From contig JAGTQU010000003.1 in the NCBI GenBank assembly GCA_018396695.1, positions 12,899 to 76,898 of the forward strand: a stretch of 64,000 nucleotides of DNA, written 5' to 3'. Below, piece by piece: positions 9,009 to 19,393 of the stretch. The translations under genes and the position numbers were made by a program. The notes under the pieces were generated by a model. The model was not told where the DNA came from. It saw only the letters and a list, made by a program, of their open reading frames with translations, and did no database searches. Each line of letters begins with the position of its first letter. Position 1 is the first letter of the stretch. Origin of the DNA: Candidatus Bathyarchaeota archaeon (lineage in GTDB: Archaea > Thermoproteota > Bathyarchaeia > TCS64).

Positions 9009-10034
9009 TTAACGTTGAGGTTCGACAACCACTTTTAGGGCGTCCGAGGCTTCTGAGACGAGCCTAAATCCGAGAGGGGTTTCGCATAGGCTGAGCCTAT
9101 GAGTCACCATATCCTTAACATTAACCCTGCGAGCTCTAATGAGTTCCAGAGCATCGTTTAGGTCGCTCGGCGCAGCCGCATAACTGGTTGCAAGGCTCAG
9201 CTGGCGGCTCCAGAAATCGTTAAGGTTAAGCGGGGCCTCAAACCCTGGGGCTGCAGGGGCGAAGAATAAGATTCTCCCAGCATCTTCAACGCAGTCGAAG
9301 GACTGTCTAATAGCTGAAGGGGCGTTCGTGCTCACTATCACGACGTCGGCGAGCCTGCCATGGTTCATCTCTCTCAGAACCTTAAGAACATCCTTTCCAG
9401 CATCGATCACCTCGTCTGCGCCGAACCTTTCCGCAGCCTCGAGCTTGAACCTGTGAATATCTGTGGAGATTATCCGTGATGCTCCTAACAGTCTTGCAAT
9501 TTGAATGTGCAGTATCCCTGAGACTCCGCTTCCCATGACGAGAACGGAATCTCCAACCCTAACTGGAAGCCTCCTCTGGCTCCTAAGCACACATGCAAGA
9601 GGCTCTGTGAAGACCCCTTCTTCAAACGTAACCTCCTCTGGGAGCTTGAAGACTCCTCGATCAACGTTGATGCTCGGGACCCTAGCATACTCTGAGAAGC
9701 CGCCTGGGTCGATGTTCGTCTTGTGCAGCGTCTCGCATGCAGTGTGCTCTCCTCTGAGGCAGAACCTGCAAGTGTTGCATGGGACATGATGGGAGACGAA
9801 GACCCTGTCGCCTACCTTATACTTTTCAACCCCTTCTCCAACCTCTGTGATGAAGCCTACAACCTCATGTCCTAAGACTAGGGGAGCTCTTCTCACCCTA
9901 TACCACTCCATAACGTCGCTCCCGCATATCCCACACGCCATCACTTTCAGTAGCACTTCACCATGCTTAACCTGAGGCTTAGAGACGGTTACTATTCGAA
10001 TATCATTATTGTTGTAATAGACGGCGACGCGCAT
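9009..10034 (-). CDS. Zinc-dependent medium-chain alcohol dehydrogenase family (threonine/sorbitol dehydrogenase-like).
   Basis: CGICGSD, GHEVVG and the Cys-rich structural-Zn loop (CNTCRFC) are present. A Rossmann GxGxxG motif is present. Confidence 0.8.
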   Translation of the reverse strand: MRVAVYYNNNDIRIVTVSKPQVKHGEVLLKVMACGICGSDVMEWYRVRRAPLVLGHEVVGFITEVGEGVEKYKVGDRVFVSHHVPCNTCRFCLRGEHTACETLHKTNIDPGGFSEYARVPSINVDRGVFKLPEEVTFEEGVFTEPLACVLRSQRRLPVRVGDSVLVMGSGVSGILHIQIARLLGASRIISTDIHRFKLEAAERFGADEVIDAGKDVLKVLREMNHGRLADVVIVSTNAPSAIRQSFDCVEDAGRILFFAPAAPGFEAPLNLNDFWSRQLSLATSYAAAPSDLNDALELIRARRVNVKDMVTHRLSLCETPLGFRLVSEASDALKVVVEPQR

Positions 10035-10140
10035 GGAGATGCCTCTTCTTAGTAGAGGCTTAAAGCAGTTATAAAGAATCTGATCCCAATTTTAAACATT
10101 AAAATAGGGATGCCAAACAGATACTAAGCTGTGACTCTAG

Positions 10141-10986
10141 ATGAAACAAGAAACGACTTTTCGCAGAGGTAAGTCCTCCCCTAGGGTTGATTATCACTGC
10201 CACATCTCCATGAAAGAGTACGCCGACATCGACCATCCGACCATAGTAACCGTCTCTAAGGAGGAGTTCATCTCAGACCTCGACGCCGCGGGGTTCGACA
10301 AGGCTGTCGTGCTCTCTGATTCCAGGACGACGCCTGAGAGGGTAGCAGAGTTTGTGAAGCAGGCTCCAGACCGTTTCATAGGATTCGGCTACGTGAATCC
10401 GGTTAGAAGAGACGCTGCCGAAAGCGTTCTCGAACAGAAGGATGAGCTGGGCTTATTCGGGCTCAAACTCTACCCGACTACAGATGGATACCGGCCTGAC
10501 GACTACAGAGCATTCAAAACATATGAGGCGGCAGTAAGTCTTGACATGCCCATAATGCTCCACCATGCGGGGATGCCTGAACCCCATGATCTCTTGAAAC
10601 ACTCAGACCCGGCACAGATAGATGCCGTGGCAAGTTGCTTCCCAAAGCTGAGGATCATCCTAGCCCACCTAGGATACCCTAGGGTCGACGAAACCCTCTA
10701 CGTTTTGAGGAAACATAAAAACGTCTGGGCGGACGTGAGCTGGCCCTACGGAGACGTCAACCATCCGAGTTATAGGTTTATGCTCTGGCGCGATCTCCTA
10801 ACAGCCCTAAACCTAGGAGTGATGGACAAGCTCGTCTTCGGAACAGACTATCCAGGCGTCCGCCAAAAATTCTATAAGGAATTACTGGTGTCGGTCAACA
10901 AGTATGCCCCACATGAGGATTTGAAGATACCTAAGGAGAAGCTGGAAGCAATCACGAGCGATAATATTAAACCCCTGCTGCCCTAA
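10141..10986 (+). CDS. Amidohydrolase-2 family metal-dependent hydrolase (TIM barrel).
   Basis: N-terminal HxH metal motif (DYHCHIS), internal His residues and a C-terminal Asp, in the pattern of the amidohydrolase_2 fold. Confidence 0.6.
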   Translation: MKQETTFRRGKSSPRVDYHCHISMKEYADIDHPTIVTVSKEEFISDLDAAGFDKAVVLSDSRTTPERVAEFVKQAPDRFIGFGYVNPVRRDAAESVLEQKDELGLFGLKLYPTTDGYRPDDYRAFKTYEAAVSLDMPIMLHHAGMPEPHDLLKHSDPAQIDAVASCFPKLRIILAHLGYPRVDETLYVLRKHKNVWADVSWPYGDVNHPSYRFMLWRDLLTALNLGVMDKLVFGTDYPGVRQKFYKELLVSVNKYAPHEDLKIPKEKLEAITSDNIKPLLP

Positions 10987-11003
10987 AAAATCAAAAAACT
11001 TTT

Positions 11004-11345
11004 TTATTTTCCTAGTTGCCGCCTCACTTTCTCAACCTTGTCCTCCATTCTACGCGGCTCATCCCGCCTGTCATCTATTTTTATATCTGTTACAACCCTT
11101 TTCGCCCCAGCCTTGAATACGGCTTCATGGGCTTCCAAGATCACCTTGATAGCCTCTTCGAGGGTATCTGCCTCGAGGATCGTCGACATGGGTGTCAGCT
11201 GATATCTTAAGCCCGACTTTTCAACCTCCCTTAAAGCCTCGGCCACGAACCTCGACACGCTTATACCTTCACCTAAGGGAGAGGTTGTGAACTGGACGAT
11301 GACTTTACGACCTCTGCCACTTTTCTCCATCGTATTCACCATCAT
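11004..11345 (-). CDS. MTH1187/YkoF-family (UPF0045) small protein.
   Basis: About 100 aa with the characteristic beta-alpha-beta-beta-alpha-beta pattern and a conserved STILE-like core. Confidence 0.55.
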   Translation of the reverse strand: MMVNTMEKSGRGRKVIVQFTTSPLGEGISVSRFVAEALREVEKSGLRYQLTPMSTILEADTLEEAIKVILEAHEAVFKAGAKRVVTDIKIDDRRDEPRRMEDKVEKVRRQLGK

Positions 11346-11457
11346 ATTTTGAAAAATTGTTTCAGATAACTTTACCGTAAGGATTTGTTAAGTGATGGAC
11401 ATATCGTCTACTTCTCTTCAGAATATTTCGCATCATTTCTCCGAAATTTCGAAACTA

Positions 11458-12141
11458 TCAAGCACAGTTCTTCCTAGCTTTAAGGAGGATCACTCCCGCC
11501 TTCGAAGTATCCGAAGTTAAATCTATCTCATCTGACGGCTTATCTGGAGGTGAAGTTAATGTTCCGACTATCTTCTCTATATCGTAACCAGACTCATGTA
11601 AAAATCTACAGACCTCGGCAAGCGTGTAGAGCCGAGAGAAATGGAAGATAGACTCTTCATTTTCGGCACGTTTAGAGTATAGGCTGCCCCACGCGCTCTC
11701 CCGATTGATGAAGACTGAAACCAAGGATGCATCTTCCTTGAGAACAGGATTGATAGAGTTTAATACATCTTGAGAGTTAGGAACGAATTCCAATACAGTT
11801 ACCATGTATGCAAAGTCCAGTATTCCAGATCTCAATGGAATATTCTCAGCAGTCGCTAAAATGACAACTAGACCTCTATTCGCAGCCTTTTCTATCATAT
11901 TAGAGGAAGGATCTAGACATATAATAATTCTTTCAACCGTTGAAAGATGCTCTGCGAAAATCCCGGTGCCAGCTCCGATATCCAAGCCAATGCCGGATAT
12001 AGGTAAAAGACTCCTTAACCCATTAAGTTCGGATTTAAAGGCATAAACTCCCACGGGCTTACCATACCAGTCATCGTAAGAAGAAGCAGACCTCTCGAAT
12101 GCTCTTATGATTCTCCTAAGATCTTCCATTTTTAATACCAA
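11458..12141 (-). CDS. Class I SAM-dependent methyltransferase.
   Basis: Motif I LDIGAGTG and the downstream acidic motif II pattern are present. Confidence 0.7.
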   Translation of the reverse strand: MVLKMEDLRRIIRAFERSASSYDDWYGKPVGVYAFKSELNGLRSLLPISGIGLDIGAGTGIFAEHLSTVERIIICLDPSSNMIEKAANRGLVVILATAENIPLRSGILDFAYMVTVLEFVPNSQDVLNSINPVLKEDASLVSVFINRESAWGSLYSKRAENEESIFHFSRLYTLAEVCRFLHESGYDIEKIVGTLTSPPDKPSDEIDLTSDTSKAGVILLKARKNCA

Positions 12142-12325
12142 CTATTTGTATTTGTAACTTCTAGAAGAATGTTATCAGGCTAATTATTGACATTAAAAAA
12201 AGGCCTCACTTGAACTGATATCGACAAAATTAAGCCTGAAATAATGATAACTCTTTATAATGCCATAAGAACTCTACGATTCAACCTGAAGAGACCGGAG
12301 AAGCAGCTAGAAACCCCTAACAATA

Positions 12326-12337
12326 ACTATCTATTTA
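12326..12337 (+). promoter_or_regulatory. A/T-rich TATA-like box about 30 bp upstream of the fen start (candidate archaeal promoter, leaderless or short leader).
   Basis: The sequence tttattatttaa sits 28-39 nt upstream of the TTG start at 12365. Confidence 0.3.
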
Positions 12338-12364
12338 TTATTTAATCCTTAATACTTTAACGGA

Positions 12365-13390
12365 TTGGGAGTAAACCTTACACCGATCGCCACGAGGAAG
12401 ATCGTCAATTTAGAGTTTCTAAGAGGCAGAACCATAGCCTTCGATGCCTCCATAGAGCTTCATCAGTTCCTAGCTTTAATTAGAACCCATGACGGGAGAC
12501 TACTCTCCGACGATAAGGGTGAAGTTACCTCTCATCTCGTCGGACTCGCCTTTAGAACAACGAGGCTGATATTAGATTACGACATCAGACCTGTCTTCGT
12601 CTTCGACGGTAAGCCACCCTCCTTAAAGATGATTGCGATTGAAAAACGTAGAGAGGTGCGAAGAAAGGCTGAGGAAGAATACTCGGAAGCCGTGAAGCAT
12701 GGCGACTACGCGACAGCCTTCTCCAAAGCTGTCATGACCGGGACTCTAACGAAGAGCATAATCTCTGACTCGAAGCGTCTCCTTGATCTCCTTGGAATCC
12801 CATATGTTCAGGCGCCAGGTGAAGGCGAAGCCCAAGCAGCTTACATGGCTAAGAGGGGTAGCACGTGGGGTGTTGGAAGCCGGGACTATGATTCACTATT
12901 GTTCGGGGCACCCAGACTCGTAAGGCATATTACGATACAGGGTGAAGAATACCTACCTAGCAAGGGCATATCACGCAGAATTAAGCCAGAGTATATTGAG
13001 CTGGAGGGTTTTCTGCGACACTATGGCTTGACTAGAGAGCAGCTGATAGACCTCTCTATTCTCATAGGCACAGACTTCAACAAAGGTGTAAAAGGCATCG
13101 GTCCGAAGACGGCTCTAAAACTCGTCAAGAAGCACGGGAGGCTGGAGGAGATGCCTGAGGAGATCCTTAACGAGCTTAAGGGTTTCGAAGAGGTGCGTAA
13201 ACTCTATCTGGATCCCGAAGTAACTGAGGAATATGAGATTAAATGGGGTTCTCTCGATGAGGAGGGCTTATACTCATTCCTTTGCGATGAGCATTCATTC
13301 TCAAAGAATAGGGTGGAAGTAATAGCCAAGCGGATGAGGAGCTTCCACAGTAAGAGAACCCTCGAAGGATGGCTCCCAGGAGGCGGTTAG
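12365..13390 (+). CDS. fen: Flap endonuclease 1 (FEN-1). TTG start.
   Basis: The N-terminal XPG-N region GVNLTPIA...IAFDASIELHQFL, the XPG-I domain and the H3TH motif (IGTDFNKGVKGIGPKTA) are present. Length is 341 aa. Confidence 0.9.
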   Translation: MGVNLTPIATRKIVNLEFLRGRTIAFDASIELHQFLALIRTHDGRLLSDDKGEVTSHLVGLAFRTTRLILDYDIRPVFVFDGKPPSLKMIAIEKRREVRRKAEEEYSEAVKHGDYATAFSKAVMTGTLTKSIISDSKRLLDLLGIPYVQAPGEGEAQAAYMAKRGSTWGVGSRDYDSLLFGAPRLVRHITIQGEEYLPSKGISRRIKPEYIELEGFLRHYGLTREQLIDLSILIGTDFNKGVKGIGPKTALKLVKKHGRLEEMPEEILNELKGFEEVRKLYLDPEVTEEYEIKWGSLDEEGLYSFLCDEHSFSKNRVEVIAKRMRSFHSKRTLEGWLPGGG

Positions 13391-13391
13391 A

Positions 13392-14981
13392 ATGGCTCCA
13401 ACTAGCTTCTCCGAGCTCGCTAAGCTCTGCAGGGACCTCGAATCGACGACGAAGCGTAAGGAGAAGACCAGGCTGTTAGCGGAGTTTCTGAGGAGGCTTG
13501 AACCTGATGAAGTCGCTCCAGCGGTGCTCCTCATAGTCGGCGCCGTATTCCCGGAGTTCGATACACGAACCCTTGACGTAGGATACATGACCGTTAAACG
13601 CATCTTCGAAGGAGGGAAACAAACAATGCTGATGGATAAACCTCTAACAATAAAGGAGGCTTACAGGAGCTTAGACGAGGTAGCTAAGGCTTCAGGAAAG
13701 GGGTCTAGGCGTTTGAAGGAGAGCCTCCTCAGGGGGCTGATGAGCCGAGCATCTTCGGAGGAGGTGGAGGTTCTCACACGGATAATCTTCGGAGAGATGA
13801 GGATCGGCGTAAACGAAGGGATGATGATAGAGGGGATCGCGGAAGCAGCAGGGATTGAAGACTCAATCATTCGAAGAGCTTTGATGCTGACTGGAGATAT
13901 AGGTAAAGTTGCGAAAACGGCGCTAACCGAGGGGATTGGAGAGGTCAATAGGATAAGCATGGCGATGTTCGTGCCGTTGAAGCCGATGCTAGCAGCCATG
14001 TCCTACGATATTGGAGAAGTCTTAGAGGAGCATGGAGGCGTATCAGCTTTCGAGTTCAAGTTCGACGGGGCGAGGATACAGGCTCACAAATCAGGGGGAG
14101 AAGTCAGGATATTTAGTAGACGCTTAACCGATGTGACTGAGAGCCTCCCTGACATAGTTGAGGTGATTAGGGAAAGGATTAAGCCAGATGAGGTTATTCT
14201 CGACGGTGAAGCGGTTGCAGTAGGCGCCGGAGGCAAGCCCCTCCCATTCCAAGACCTGATGAGAAGATTCACCAGAGTGCAGAAGATAGAAGAGACGGTG
14301 GAGAAGATCCCGCTAAGGCTTCACATCTTCGACATACTATACCATAATGGCAAACTCCTAATCGACGAGCCTTACGAAGAACGCTGGAGGCTACTCAAAA
14401 GCATCTGCCCGAATGAACTGATTGCAGAGAGAATCGTCTCGGGCGATGTGCACGGGATCGAGGTTTTCCTCAAGCGTGCTCTTGAAGCAGGACATGAAGG
14501 ACTCATGGCGAAGCGTCTGGACAGCAGGTATACGCCTGGTGTTCGAGGAAAAGGATGGTTCAAGATTAAGCCTGCGGAGACCCTCGACCTAGTCATAGTA
14601 GCGGCTGACTGGGGGTATGGCCGTCGGACTGGCTGGCTCAGCAACTACCATCTAGCCGCCAGAGACGGAGAAGATTATGCGATGATCGGGAAGACCTTTA
14701 AAGGGCTTACAGATGAAGAATTCAGCTGGATGACGAATAGGCTTCAGGAGCTGAAGATCGGCGAGATTGAGGCGACGGTCTACGTTAAGCCTGAGATAGT
14801 CGTCGAAGTCGACTTCAATGAGATACAGAGGAGCCCCCATTACACGTCAGGATTCGCTCTAAGATTCGCTAGAATCAAGAGGATAAGGACAGATAAGGGA
14901 CCGGGGGATGCCGACAAGCTGGAAAGTGTAAAGGAACTCTACGACAAACAGTTCGCATACAAATCCAAAATTGATTTATGA
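13392..14981 (+). CDS. lig: ATP-dependent DNA ligase.
   Basis: Adenylation motif I, EFKFDGARIQ (KxDGxR), is present together with the remaining ligase motifs and an OB domain. The gene is spaced 1 nt after the fen stop. Confidence 0.9.
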   Translation: MAPTSFSELAKLCRDLESTTKRKEKTRLLAEFLRRLEPDEVAPAVLLIVGAVFPEFDTRTLDVGYMTVKRIFEGGKQTMLMDKPLTIKEAYRSLDEVAKASGKGSRRLKESLLRGLMSRASSEEVEVLTRIIFGEMRIGVNEGMMIEGIAEAAGIEDSIIRRALMLTGDIGKVAKTALTEGIGEVNRISMAMFVPLKPMLAAMSYDIGEVLEEHGGVSAFEFKFDGARIQAHKSGGEVRIFSRRLTDVTESLPDIVEVIRERIKPDEVILDGEAVAVGAGGKPLPFQDLMRRFTRVQKIEETVEKIPLRLHIFDILYHNGKLLIDEPYEERWRLLKSICPNELIAERIVSGDVHGIEVFLKRALEAGHEGLMAKRLDSRYTPGVRGKGWFKIKPAETLDLVIVAADWGYGRRTGWLSNYHLAARDGEDYAMIGKTFKGLTDEEFSWMTNRLQELKIGEIEATVYVKPEIVVEVDFNEIQRSPHYTSGFALRFARIKRIRTDKGPGDADKLESVKELYDKQFAYKSKIDL

Positions 14982-15053
14982 ATTACCATATTCTAATCCT
15001 TTCAGGGTTTGCAGTCTTTGTTTAAAATTGCATGAAGATAGATTGAAAGGGAG

Positions 15054-15920
15054 TTAAGGATAGAATTTAGTTGGGACATTAAATGCTAATCTTGCATGCT
15101 CTAGGTCTTCGACCAACTGATCTGCAGCTTTAACAGCCTCAGGACAAGGTCCTGTACCCGAAATTCCGCACTCGATTATACCAAGGTCATGAACGATCTT
15201 CTCGAACATTGGTTTGTATACCCAAGTTAGGTTTTTGTAGGGATTCGCTCCATGAGCTACAAAGTTCAAGTAAATGCCTTCACCAAAAACCTCACAGAAT
15301 TCTCCAAGAGCGCCTATTGAGCGTCGTATATTCAACCACTCTTCAGCGTTTACCTGATTAATCCTTGAAAGAGTTTCTAACTGGATTCCAAGGCGGTTAG
15401 AATAATCAGAGACAGCAAAAAGCGTTCTGGAATCTATATAACCCTTTGTAATGCTCGTATTCAATTCCACTATTGAACTGTGTATGGAGTCTCTAGAATC
15501 AGATATAGCCCATATCAGAGTAATTCTATTGACTTCACTGACCTGCGCAAAGGAATAAAACCAGATCATATTCGATGAAAGTAGAAGAATTAAAGAGACA
15601 ATGATAATCGTTGTTGGCTTGATTCTATGACCGAATAAACGAATTTCTTCACGTCGTTTCTCAACAGGCTCTTCGACATTAGTTATGAGATTGATGGCAG
15701 CTTTTCCATACTCAGATAAGCCGTATTTATCATCGCTCTTCATTAATAGATCTCTCAAAGAATCAAGATGATAGTTTAGTACCCCGGTCTCAAGCCCTAA
15801 ACTTTTTAGTAATTCGGTATATGTTGAAGGCGATTCATTCAATATTCTCAGGATCTTTCTACGGATGGGGTGTTTGAGCGATGAGAATATTACAGTATAG
15901 GTATCTTCCTCCGGATCCAA
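15054..15920 (-). CDS. Membrane-tethered transcriptional regulator: an N-terminal ArsR-like winged HTH, one TM helix and a roughly 170-aa extracytoplasmic domain.
   Basis: HPIRRKILRILNESPSTYTELLKSL is a wHTH signature. A hydrophobic helix lies at residues about 105-125. The C-terminal domain carries conserved Cys residues. Confidence 0.45.
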   Translation of the reverse strand: MDPEEDTYTVIFSSLKHPIRRKILRILNESPSTYTELLKSLGLETGVLNYHLDSLRDLLMKSDDKYGLSEYGKAAINLITNVEEPVEKRREEIRLFGHRIKPTTIIIVSLILLLSSNMIWFYSFAQVSEVNRITLIWAISDSRDSIHSSIVELNTSITKGYIDSRTLFAVSDYSNRLGIQLETLSRINQVNAEEWLNIRRSIGALGEFCEVFGEGIYLNFVAHGANPYKNLTWVYKPMFEKIVHDLGIIECGISGTGPCPEAVKAADQLVEDLEHARLAFNVPTKFYP

Positions 15921-16062
15921 GGCAATCTAATTAACTTAGATAAAAAAGTATGAAAGGATTTTTGAATAGAAAGTTTGTCAAGGATTCAACATAGGATTTG
16001 ACAAGATTTGTATTCAAAATAAGTTAAATCTTTGCGTACCCCTACTTTCTCGGGTAAAAACC

Positions 16063-16545
16063 ATGAGAAAAAGAAAGTATGCACTGCTTGGAATCGTCCT
16101 GATGTCTCTGTTTATACCTACAATCACAATGGCCTTAGCATCGGAGAACAAGTATATCTACCGGACGGCTACACCAGAAGAGGTACAACCCTTCTTCCCC
16201 ACAATAATTGACTTAGGTCCAGTAAAAGGAGTTCGGGTGGTCAAGCCTGACTTCACCTACGAGTACGTTTATGACAACCGTACTTTAGACCAAGATGAAG
16301 GCTATCAGTATGGTTATTACTATCCATATGCGATATCAGTTCGCATTAACACACTGTCGCCTTCAGGTTATACATTGACAGTGTCAATCATATCGGGCGG
16401 GCAAACAAAATGGTCCGGCGAACTAGGCGAAGGGGAAAGCTCCCCGACAATAACTTGCAACGGTGCTCAAACTTATGTCAGGATAGTTAACCAGAACAGT
16501 GTTCAGATACACTATACATCAACAATTACTTTGATCTATAACTGA
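16063..16545 (+). CDS. Secreted hypothetical protein with a signal peptide.
   Basis: N-terminus MRKRK plus a hydrophobic core plus ALA|SE. The mature region is Tyr/Thr-rich. Confidence 0.4.
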   Translation: MRKRKYALLGIVLMSLFIPTITMALASENKYIYRTATPEEVQPFFPTIIDLGPVKGVRVVKPDFTYEYVYDNRTLDQDEGYQYGYYYPYAISVRINTLSPSGYTLTVSIISGGQTKWSGELGEGESSPTITCNGAQTYVRIVNQNSVQIHYTSTITLIYN

Positions 16546-16672
16546 TTTCCCATCTTTTTCGATTTTAATTATTATATTTTAGCAAATCCATCTCTTATTA
16601 GTATCAGGAGGGTACACTATACGAATCATTAAAATCTGGATAAAAGCGAACCTAAAATGAATCTCTATTAAA

Positions 16673-17917
16673 TTATTGATTAGAATCACGTTGAGATCGA
16701 GCTGAGAAAATTAGACAGATCTGCGCTGCCAATCCTGCGCCTACCATTGTAAGCCAGATAGCGTTGAACGAAAAGCTGTCTATGAGAGCACCTAGCAATG
16801 TTGACCATAGAGCGCTTACTCCGAAACCGAATGTGAAATAGAATCCTAAAAGAACATCTTTTTCGGCATGTGTTGCGTTTTTTACTAATTGAGCTTGGAG
16901 AAGGCTGCTCATACTGAAAGTAGTCATTGAGAGAATGAAGAGGTGAGGGATGAGAAGAATATTATATTCCTTATAAGCAGTAAGCAAGAATATAGTTACG
17001 GTTGTTATGCTAAGAGAGATTAAAGCTATTTTAAGATAGCCATGCTGGTCGCCTAATCTGCCTAGATATAATGTACCTAATACTCCTCCTATTGTTGCTA
17101 GGCTTGTTATGATCCCTGCAAATCCAACAGTCAAGTTTAGTCCTTTCGATGAGTCTCTAAGAAAGACTGGAATCCAAGTTGTCATGACACCCATGCCTGT
17201 TCCGCCTGATATGAATGCTTGAGCTATCAGTATAGGTATCGCGCCTCTCACCTTGAAAGCAGCTTTAACATCTCCCAGAAGTCTATCTCCAGACTCTTCT
17301 GAGGATATTCTATCTGCAGATGCTTCTCCTCTAAGCCCAGAGAACACTATAAGACCTGAGAAGAAAAATATCAAAGTTAATAGGAGAAAAGCATTCCTCC
17401 AACCAGAAAAGAGAGCTATGCTTGAGAGGAGAATAGGGCTTACAATGTTACCTACATAACCGAGTCCATAGAATATTGAAAGCATAGAGCCCAGTCTCTT
17501 ATCAAACTTGCTACTAATTATTGAACTGCTTACGGGATGGATCCCTGCCTGTCCTATGCCAATTACCGTTTTTCCTGCCAGCACTCCTTCGAAGCAGCTG
17601 GCTACCCCAGTTATCGCAGATCCGATCGATAATGCAAAGTTGGAGCCGACTAGAAGTAACCTTCTTGAGACCCATCTGCTAGTGACACTGTAAACTATCT
17701 GAAGGAATCCACCGAGAATGTTTACTATACCCACCATCATACCTATCTGTGTATAGTTGAGATTGAGATCCTCCATAATGTTATTATAAAGAATCGAAGA
17801 ACCTGCGTAAAGATGCTGAGCGAAATGAGATATTGTGATCCCGCTCATAGCCAGCCGATTTGACCTTCTATTATCCCCTTCACTATTCAAAACAGTCAAC
17901 CTTGGATTTGCCTTCAT
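16673..17917 (-). CDS. Major facilitator superfamily transporter.
   Basis: 12 predicted TM helices. MFS-like loop motifs between TM2 and TM3. Confidence 0.7.
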   Translation of the reverse strand: MKANPRLTVLNSEGDNRRSNRLAMSGITISHFAQHLYAGSSILYNNIMEDLNLNYTQIGMMVGIVNILGGFLQIVYSVTSRWVSRRLLLVGSNFALSIGSAITGVASCFEGVLAGKTVIGIGQAGIHPVSSSIISSKFDKRLGSMLSIFYGLGYVGNIVSPILLSSIALFSGWRNAFLLLTLIFFFSGLIVFSGLRGEASADRISSEESGDRLLGDVKAAFKVRGAIPILIAQAFISGGTGMGVMTTWIPVFLRDSSKGLNLTVGFAGIITSLATIGGVLGTLYLGRLGDQHGYLKIALISLSITTVTIFLLTAYKEYNILLIPHLFILSMTTFSMSSLLQAQLVKNATHAEKDVLLGFYFTFGFGVSALWSTLLGALIDSFSFNAIWLTMVGAGLAAQICLIFSARSQRDSNQ

Positions 17918-18013
17918 TCCTTCGAAGGAATTTATAAATCTATTTACATCTTTTAGGGTTTCTAGAAAAAGCTATATGTTGGTCGTAGTAGGATAAATCT
18001 ATCTATCAGAGGG

Positions 18014-18451
18014 GTGAGATATTTATTGGTAAAAAGAAGAATCACTGGAGTTATAGAGCGATTAAAGCCTAGAGAGGTTAGTCTCCGATCGAAAACCTCT
18101 ACTTCAATAATTCTAGCAGTTCTAATATTATTTGCAGCGTTTATTGCCTCCGGAGGTTTATATGATATTTTTGATAGCCCGCCTACAGTCATAGGACTTC
18201 AGGAAGGATATTTAGCTTTTAGAGGTTATCTAAACGAACAGACACTGTTGGAAAGTATATTTTCAATGATCTTGTTGATAATAACTTTTATAGGCTTATA
18301 CTTTTCTCATCGAAGTACACAGATAATGTACGATTCTAAGCGCGCAAGATCTATGCTAGTAATGGGAATCGCGTTGACTCTCTCAGGTGTCTCAGGGAGC
18401 TTCTATATGATGAATTTGAAGTCTTACATTCTTAGACAATTCGGAATCTAA
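18014..18451 (+). CDS. Hypothetical membrane protein (3-4 TM helices).
   Basis: ORF translation only. Confidence 0.3.
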   Translation: MRYLLVKRRITGVIERLKPREVSLRSKTSTSIILAVLILFAAFIASGGLYDIFDSPPTVIGLQEGYLAFRGYLNEQTLLESIFSMILLIITFIGLYFSHRSTQIMYDSKRARSMLVMGIALTLSGVSGSFYMMNLKSYILRQFGI

Positions 18452-18499
18452 ACCGGAAAAGTTTAGAATTCTAAGTCAGTAGTAATTCTGGGGATTAAT

Positions 18500-19393
18500 T
18501 TGAAGAAGATAGGTTTCATAGGGTTAGGACTCATGGGTAGAGGGATGTCATTAAACCTTCTCAAAGCAAACTTTCCCCTTACGGTTTGGAATAGGACAAG
18601 GTCTAAGATGAAGCCCCTTTTAGACGCTGGAGCTGAAGAGGGGCTCTCTCCAAAGAACGTTGCTGAAAGGTCAGACATCATCATAGACATTGTGACTGAT
18701 TCAAGCGATGTTGAGGAAATCATTCTCGGAGATGAAGGAGTAATCCATGGTGCAAAACCTGGCGCCGTAGTCGTTGATATGAGCACAATCTCTCCTATAA
18801 CAACTAGACAAATCGCAGAGAAGCTCTCCAAAAAAGGGATTCACATGCTTGATGCCCCTGTAAGCGGAGGCGATGTTGGAGCTCGAGAAGGGACGCTCAG
18901 CATAATGGTAGGTGGAGAGTTAGATGTGTTTCAGGATTGTCTTCCAGTATTTCAGGCGATGGGTAAAACAATAGTCCATGTTGGTGGACATGGTATGGGA
19001 CAGATTGTAAAACTTTGCAACCAGATCCTTGTAGGATTGAATATGCTAGCAGTAGCAGAGGCATTCATGTTTGCATCTAAAGCTGGAGTCGATCTACAGA
19101 AAGCTTATTCTGCGATCGTCGGAGGGGCAGCAGGAAGTTGGCAGTTGACTAATAATGGAGCAAAATTACTTAAAGGAGATTTAGAGCCAGGGTTTAAAGT
19201 TAAAGATTACATTAAAGATCTTCGGCTCATCTCCGAGACTACAGCAGAGATGAAATTACCACTTCTTGGTACGAGTCTAGTCCAGCAGATGTTTAGAATC
19301 CTCGACGCTGAAGGCCTCAGAGATAAAGGGACTCAGGCAGTAATAAAAGCAGTCGAAAAGATAGCTTGTGACAGTTTTTTAAGGGCTTTATAA
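18500..19393 (+). CDS. NAD(P)-dependent 3-hydroxyisobutyrate / 2-hydroxy-3-oxopropionate dehydrogenase family oxidoreductase. TTG start.
   Basis: The IGFIGLGLMGRGM Rossmann motif and the catalytic Lys region of the HIBADH/6PGDH NAD-binding family are present. Confidence 0.75.
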   Translation: MKKIGFIGLGLMGRGMSLNLLKANFPLTVWNRTRSKMKPLLDAGAEEGLSPKNVAERSDIIIDIVTDSSDVEEIILGDEGVIHGAKPGAVVVDMSTISPITTRQIAEKLSKKGIHMLDAPVSGGDVGAREGTLSIMVGGELDVFQDCLPVFQAMGKTIVHVGGHGMGQIVKLCNQILVGLNMLAVAEAFMFASKAGVDLQKAYSAIVGGAAGSWQLTNNGAKLLKGDLEPGFKVKDYIKDLRLISETTAEMKLPLLGTSLVQQMFRILDAEGLRDKGTQAVIKAVEKIACDSFLRAL

